From the NCBI GenBank assembly GCA_001773725.1, contig MEXP01000020.1:19526-83525 (forward strand): a DNA stretch of 64,000 nt, written 5' to 3'. The DNA comes from Candidatus Amesbacteria bacterium RIFCSPLOWO2_01_FULL_49_25 (GTDB taxonomy: Bacteria > Patescibacteriota > Microgenomatia > CAZETR01 > Amesbacteraceae). This document shows positions 59,029-64,000 of the stretch, one piece after another. Both the position numbers and the translations under genes were made by a program. How positions within the stretch are numbered: the stretch's first letter is position 1; each line of letters starts with the position of its first letter. Below the pieces are notes generated by a model that saw only the letters and a program-made list of their open reading frames with translations, was not told the origin of the DNA and did not search any database.

Positions 59029-60711
59029 ATGCGTCGACTTCTTCAAAACGGGGCTTCCCTTCTCACCCGTCGTCAAAACGACATTCTCTCTGCCGCCTCA
59101 GTGATCATGATCATTTACGGACTATCTCATTTGATCGGCCTTATCAAAACCCGCCTGCTCATTTCCTATTTCTTTGGCTCAAATGCCTATTTACTGGACG
59201 TCTATTACGCGGCTTTTGTCATTCCGGATACCATTTTTCAGTTATTGATTATTGGATCGCTCTCGGCCGCTTTCATCCCGGTTTTTACCAACCTCCTGTC
59301 ATCCGATGAAAAAGAAGCCTGGCGAGTAGCCGCCAGTTCTCTTAACCTCATCCTCCTTATTTTTACTTTCATATCGGGAGTCATCTTTGTTTTTGCTACC
59401 CCCCTTTCCCGACTTATTGCCCCGGGATTTAATCTCAGTCAAATTTCCATCATGAGCTCGCTCCTACGTACCATGCTTGTCGCCCAGCTATTTTTCTCGA
59501 TTTCTGGGTTTCTCACCGGAATGATTCAATCTCATCAGCGCTTTTTGATACCCGCCCTGGCTCCGGTCGCTTACAATCTGGGTATCGTCATCGGTACGAT
59601 TTTCCTTTCTCCCACCTTGGGTATTTTGGGACCAGCGATTGGCGTCGTTATTGGCGCCTTTTTACACATGCTCATTCAGTTGCCTCTGGCCGTAAGTCTT
59701 GGCTTTAAATTCAAGCCCATCATAGACGTTTCCCACCCCAAAGTTAAAGAAATTATTCGTTTATTTCCTCCCCGAGCGCTAGCCCTCGGTATAGATCAAA
59801 TCGAACAATTTATCGCCGTCGTCCTCACCTCACTTCTTACTTCCGGATCATTATCCCTACTCAACGTCGCCCGCCTTCTCTACGCCATACCCTCTTCAGT
59901 TTTTGGTGTGACCATCGGTCAAGCCGCACTCCCCACTCTTTCCCGCCAATCTTCTCTAAAAGACATGGATACTTTTCGCTCCACTTTAGCCGCCTCCGTT
60001 CTTCAAGTAGCTTTCCTTTCCTTGCCTATTAGTGTTCTATTTATCATATTGCGCATTCCCATTGTCCGAATTGTATTTGGCGCCAGCACCTTCCCTTGGT
60101 CTGCAACTCTTCTGACCGGCAAAACTCTGGCGATTCTAGCCATCTCGGCCACCTTCTCCGCCGTCATCCAACTGGTTGTTCGTGGGTTTTATGCCCTTCA
60201 CGACACCCGTACTCCTCTAGTAGTTGGCCTAGTAGCGGCCTTATTTAACGCCGTCGTGGGAATAGTCATGGTCAAACAATTTCAAGCGGGTATATTGGGC
60301 ATCGCTTTTGCCATTACTACGACAGCCATTCTCGAGTCCCTCACCCTCTCCTTCATCATAGAAAAGCGGCTTGGTACCCCCCGGCCTTTAGAAAGCATTG
60401 TGTTCAAGTCGCTCTTCAAAATGATATTTATCAGCTTCATCTCCGGTCTGTTTCTCTGGTTACCCATGCGGCTTCTCGACCAGTTTGTCTTCGACACTAC
60501 CCGCACCCTTCCCTTAATTGGTCTCACGGTTATCACCAGTGCCATTGGCATGGGAGTCTATCTTCTACTTTCCCGACTATTTCATATTCAAGAATTGGAT
60601 ACTTTTTTTGGCTTAGTTAAACGTGTCTGGTCTTGGCGCAGGTTATTATTTACTTCTCCTCCGCCCGCTCCCTCCGAACCCGTAATTCTCCCCGCCCCGG
60701 ACCAGAATTAA
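59029..60711 (+). CDS. murJ: lipid II flippase MurJ (MviN)
   Basis: 560 aa, 14 TM helices, MurJ-like N-terminal region (FFGSNAYLLDVYYAAFVIPD). Confidence 0.85.
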   Translation: MRRLLQNGASLLTRRQNDILSAASVIMIIYGLSHLIGLIKTRLLISYFFGSNAYLLDVYYAAFVIPDTIFQLLIIGSLSAAFIPVFTNLLSSDEKEAWRVAASSLNLILLIFTFISGVIFVFATPLSRLIAPGFNLSQISIMSSLLRTMLVAQLFFSISGFLTGMIQSHQRFLIPALAPVAYNLGIVIGTIFLSPTLGILGPAIGVVIGAFLHMLIQLPLAVSLGFKFKPIIDVSHPKVKEIIRLFPPRALALGIDQIEQFIAVVLTSLLTSGSLSLLNVARLLYAIPSSVFGVTIGQAALPTLSRQSSLKDMDTFRSTLAASVLQVAFLSLPISVLFIILRIPIVRIVFGASTFPWSATLLTGKTLAILAISATFSAVIQLVVRGFYALHDTRTPLVVGLVAALFNAVVGIVMVKQFQAGILGIAFAITTTAILESLTLSFIIEKRLGTPRPLESIVFKSLFKMIFISFISGLFLWLPMRLLDQFVFDTTRTLPLIGLTVITSAIGMGVYLLLSRLFHIQELDTFFGLVKRVWSWRRLLFTSPPPAPSEPVILPAPDQN

Positions 60712-60766
60712 CAATGGCCCGACAACCTGAATCTTTGGCTGATCTCCCGGGTGTTAAAATCGTGCC

Positions 60767-61084
60767 ATGTCAATGAGATCTGTACAAAAACAAGTGGACG
60801 AATGGGTGAACCAATATACTGAAGGGTATTCCAAACCTTTAGAAATCCTTGCCAGACTAGTCGAAGAGACTGGGGAAGTGGCTCGGGAAATTAACCATCA
60901 ATTTGGTCCCAAAAAGAAAAAGTCGACGGAAAAATCCTCCAATCTAGGAGACGAGATTGGAGATGTTATTTTTACCTTAGCTTGTCTAGCCAACTCACTG
61001 GGAATAGACATAGACAAGTATTTTGCTAGGGTAATGAAAAAGTACAGTCAAAGAGACAAAAATAGGTTCAAGAAAAAACCATGA
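60767..61084 (+). CDS. MazG-like nucleotide pyrophosphohydrolase
   Basis: EETGEVAREI...LGDEIGDVIF tandem EExxE/D motifs. Confidence 0.75.
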   Translation: MSMRSVQKQVDEWVNQYTEGYSKPLEILARLVEETGEVAREINHQFGPKKKKSTEKSSNLGDEIGDVIFTLACLANSLGIDIDKYFARVMKKYSQRDKNRFKKKP

Positions 61085-62886
61085 ACGCCATCCGGAACTT
61101 TGCAATAATCGCTCATGTGGACCATGGCAAGTCCACTCTGGCCGATCGAATGCTGGAAATCACCGGCACCGTCACCAAGCGCCAGATGCAAGACCAGATT
61201 TTAGACAGCAATCCCATCGAAAGAGAGCGGGGGATTACCATCAAACTCGCCCCCGTCCGCATGCTCTACCACCTAGAATCCATAACCTATACCCTAAATT
61301 TGATCGACACCCCCGGTCACGTCGATTTTTCTTACGAAGTCAACCGCTCACTCTCCGCTTGCGAAGGAGCAGTCCTCTTGGTCGATGCCACCCAAGGCAT
61401 CCAAGCCCAAACCTTGGCTCATTACAATCACGCCAAAAAACTCGGGCTTACGATTATTCCTGTCATCAACAAAATTGACATCGTCACCGCAGATATCGAA
61501 GGCGCAAAAAAACAAATTCTAGACATCCTGGGTTTCGATTCGCCTTTATTAATTTCCGCCAAAACAGGCATGGGTGTTCAGGAATTACTGCAAGAGATTA
61601 TAAATCGCATCCCTCCTCCTTCTACCAGCTACCAGCTGGAAGCTACTCGAGCCCTCGTCTTCAATTCCAACTTCGACTCCCATTTAGGTGTAATTGCCTG
61701 GGTTAGAGTAGTCGACGGTCAAATCAAAACTAACGACAAGTTATTTTTATTAGGCACCGAAAGTTTCGCATCTGCCCTCGAAATCGGCGTTTTTTCCCCC
61801 GCCAAAACCTCTACTGGCCACCTCTCCGCTGGCGAAGTCGGCTACGTCGTCACCAATCTCAAAGATCTATCGCAAATTCAGGTCGGCGACACCTTAACGG
61901 TGAACGATCAACAAAGTAACCAGCCTGCCGGCCTGCAAGGCCAAGTAACCGCTCTTCCAGGCTATCTATCCCTAAAACCCGTCGTCTTTGTCAGTTTTTA
62001 CCCAATCGACGGCGCCGATATCAATAATTTTAGGACAGCCCTTTCCAAACTCCGCCTCCAGGACAGCTCATTTACTTATACTCCGGAATTTTCCCCGGCC
62101 TTGGGTAACGGTTTCCGGCTCGGTCTTCTGGGACTTCTTCATGCAGACATTGTCCAGGAACGCCTCGAACGCGAGTTTGGTCTGAATCTTATCGCCGCCG
62201 CCCCCTCCGTCTCATATCAAATTTTGACAACCACCGATGAACTATTAACCATCAACAAGGCACTTGATCTCCCGGACCCGTCCCAAATTAAAGAAATCAG
62301 AGAGCCCATGATCCAAACCTCGATATTTCTTCCCCAGTCTTATTTGGGCGCCGTGATGCAGCTTTGCCAAGACCATCGCGGTTTTCTCACCGATATATCC
62401 TACTTGGGAAACTTAGTTCAACTGTCTTATTCCCTCCCCTTAGTTGAACTCATCCGGGGCTTTCACGACTCTCTCAAAAGCGTTTCTCAAGGGTTTGCCA
62501 CACTCGATTACGAACTCTCCGGCCACCAAGCCGCAGATTTAGTCAAACTTGACGTTCTGGTGGCCAAAGACAAAATTGACGCCCTCTCCCAAATAGTTCC
62601 TCGTTCCCAGTCTCCCTATATCGCCAAGGGTCTTGTTGAACGCCTCAAAAACATCATCCCTCGTTCTCAATTTGAAATAAGCATCCAAGCCGCTATCGGC
62701 GGCCATATCCTGGCCAGGGCGGACATCAAAGCTTTTAGAAAAGATGTCCTGGCCAAAATGTCCGGCGGCGACCAGACTCGAAAAGACAAACTTCTCAAAA
62801 AACAAAAAAAGGGTAAAGCTCGCATGAAACGCTTCGGCAGAATCGACATCCCCCAAGAAGCCTTCCTTACAATCCTTCAGGCATAG
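61081..62886 (+). CDS. lepA: elongation factor 4 (LepA)
   Basis: NFAIIAHVDHGKSTLADR...DTPGHVDF...; 601 aa. Confidence 0.95.
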   Translation: MNAIRNFAIIAHVDHGKSTLADRMLEITGTVTKRQMQDQILDSNPIERERGITIKLAPVRMLYHLESITYTLNLIDTPGHVDFSYEVNRSLSACEGAVLLVDATQGIQAQTLAHYNHAKKLGLTIIPVINKIDIVTADIEGAKKQILDILGFDSPLLISAKTGMGVQELLQEIINRIPPPSTSYQLEATRALVFNSNFDSHLGVIAWVRVVDGQIKTNDKLFLLGTESFASALEIGVFSPAKTSTGHLSAGEVGYVVTNLKDLSQIQVGDTLTVNDQQSNQPAGLQGQVTALPGYLSLKPVVFVSFYPIDGADINNFRTALSKLRLQDSSFTYTPEFSPALGNGFRLGLLGLLHADIVQERLEREFGLNLIAAAPSVSYQILTTTDELLTINKALDLPDPSQIKEIREPMIQTSIFLPQSYLGAVMQLCQDHRGFLTDISYLGNLVQLSYSLPLVELIRGFHDSLKSVSQGFATLDYELSGHQAADLVKLDVLVAKDKIDALSQIVPRSQSPYIAKGLVERLKNIIPRSQFEISIQAAIGGHILARADIKAFRKDVLAKMSGGDQTRKDKLLKKQKKGKARMKRFGRIDIPQEAFLTILQA

Positions 62887-64000
62887 CGCTCAACTCCAAA
62901 AGCACCGCGCTGTTGGGCGTCATGGGAATCTCCTTTTGCCACACTGCCCCATTGGTCGCCACCTCTTCTTGCCTGCTCTCCCCCGACAAAAACGTCTCTT
63001 TCATAATAAATCGTTGATTTTTTAGATTTACAAAGCTCACCGGCACAACTTCACTGTGTCGTTCTTTAGGGTCATAGTTAACCACTATCACCTGCACTCG
63101 ACTGTCATCGCCAGCCGCAATAGCCTTCACCCACGTCCCTTCCCCGGTCAGGGGCAACCTGTTTCCTTCCAGTTTTGCTAGCATCGCCAATGCTTGTTCT
63201 CGTGGCTTACCCAACATTCCCCACTTCCCAGTCAGCGAAAAGTTAAATCCGTATTTGACTCGGGACATCAAATCCCTGGCCACTAAGATTAGATGGGCCG
63301 CACCTGTCCTGGTGTCATTTTTCCCTCCCGGCTCAGACGATATTCCCGTCTCCGAAATTATTTTTTCCACCTTGGAAAAGTAAGGATGTCTTTCCAGCCA
63401 ATAATCTGCATTATCCATATCGGCAATGTATTTACCCTCATCGCTATCGTATCTATGCCAGGATAAAAAATCCAGCCTCAACCTTTTTTCTAAGACATAA
63501 GGCAAAAATTCGTCTACCCAGTTTTTATACAGCTCAGTAGTCGCCGGGCCCCCCAACTTAAAATCTTTAACCCCCTTAGCCTGGCTTGCTCCCAGCGCGG
63601 AATAATAATACAGCCTGTTATAGTCTTTTCTTCTTCCTATTGTCCACTTTCCAAACAAATCCGGTTCGTTCCATACCTCATAATACACTCCCTCCAGCCC
63701 TTTTTCTCCGCTATAGTACTCAATTGTTTTTTGGACTATTTCCTGCCATTTACCCCAGTCCCTCGGTTCAGATACCTCGTCACCGGAAGCGATCTCTGCC
63801 GGCATGTACGATAGAGAAAAAAACGGTTTCGCCCCAGCAGTCGCGATTTTGTCCACCAGCCTGTCAAGTCGCGACCAATCTAACTTCACACCATTACCAT
63901 CCCCGCTTACCACGTCAAACCTGTCATAAATATGATCTATCCGAATATACTCCACCCCCAAAGCTTTAACTTTTTCTTCATTTCCATCCAGGAAAGTATT
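62867..64000 (-). CDS. clan GH-A glycoside hydrolase (GH39/GH5-like), N-terminus beyond the window end
   Basis: YYEVWNEPD (the NEP catalytic acid/base). The frame stays open upstream of the track's TTG 'start' through to position 64000. Confidence 0.65.
   Translation of the reverse strand, partial: NTFLDGNEEKVKALGVEYIRIDHIYDRFDVVSGDGNGVKLDWSRLDRLVDKIATAGAKPFFSLSYMPAEIASGDEVSEPRDWGKWQEIVQKTIEYYSGEKGLEGVYYEVWNEPDLFGKWTIGRRKDYNRLYYYSALGASQAKGVKDFKLGGPATTELYKNWVDEFLPYVLEKRLRLDFLSWHRYDSDEGKYIADMDNADYWLERHPYFSKVEKIISETGISSEPGGKNDTRTGAAHLILVARDLMSRVKYGFNFSLTGKWGMLGKPREQALAMLAKLEGNRLPLTGEGTWVKAIAAGDDSRVQVIVVNYDPKERHSEVVPVSFVNLKNQRFIMKETFLSGESRQEEVATNGAVWQKEIPMTPNSAVLLELSAMPEGL

Overview
This 64-kb window is dense, mostly operonic and reads cleanly under the standard bacterial genetic code. 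It looks like a reduced Gram-positive-like genome of the Patescibacteria/CPR type. The evidence for that is housekeeping genes (tsaD/tsaE, groES-groEL, metG, rnhB, two UvrD-family helicases, rpsT, murJ, lepA, one tRNA-Cys) interleaved with very many cell-envelope glycosylation genes. Those include MraY/WecA-like, UbiA prenyltransferase, GT2, GT4, several GT-C-type membrane proteins (GT39/ArnT-like, YfhO-like, YYY-domain), LCP, FemAB-like, and a PilN-PilO module with an FN3 surface protein. I found no CRISPR array, integrase or transposase. The most interesting signals are listed below.

1. Upstream of the DUF62(SAM hydrolase)-metG-tatD-GT2 operon sits a 7-codon, Met-rich leader ORF (MSMMMTC) with mutually exclusive antiterminator and terminator pairings. 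It is a candidate methionine-sensing transcription attenuator.
2. A single-gene insertion encodes a membrane-anchored CYTH (triphosphate-tunnel) protein. It is flanked by ~60-bp imperfect direct repeats derived from the 3' end of the neighbouring ASCH gene.
3. A Nudix hydrolase gene is interrupted by an in-frame TAA.
4. A two-gene operon encodes large proteins with no domains I can recognise.
5. A cytosolic STAS-like/histidine-kinase/receiver module lies behind a nested palindrome.
6. The groES promoter and the promoter of a small neighbouring ORF share the 12-mer CCCTCTTGACAA.

The ORF track marks several 'M' starts that are really TTG/GTG codons or spurious N-terminal extensions overlapping opposite-strand genes. 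Where a better start is visible I have trimmed to it.
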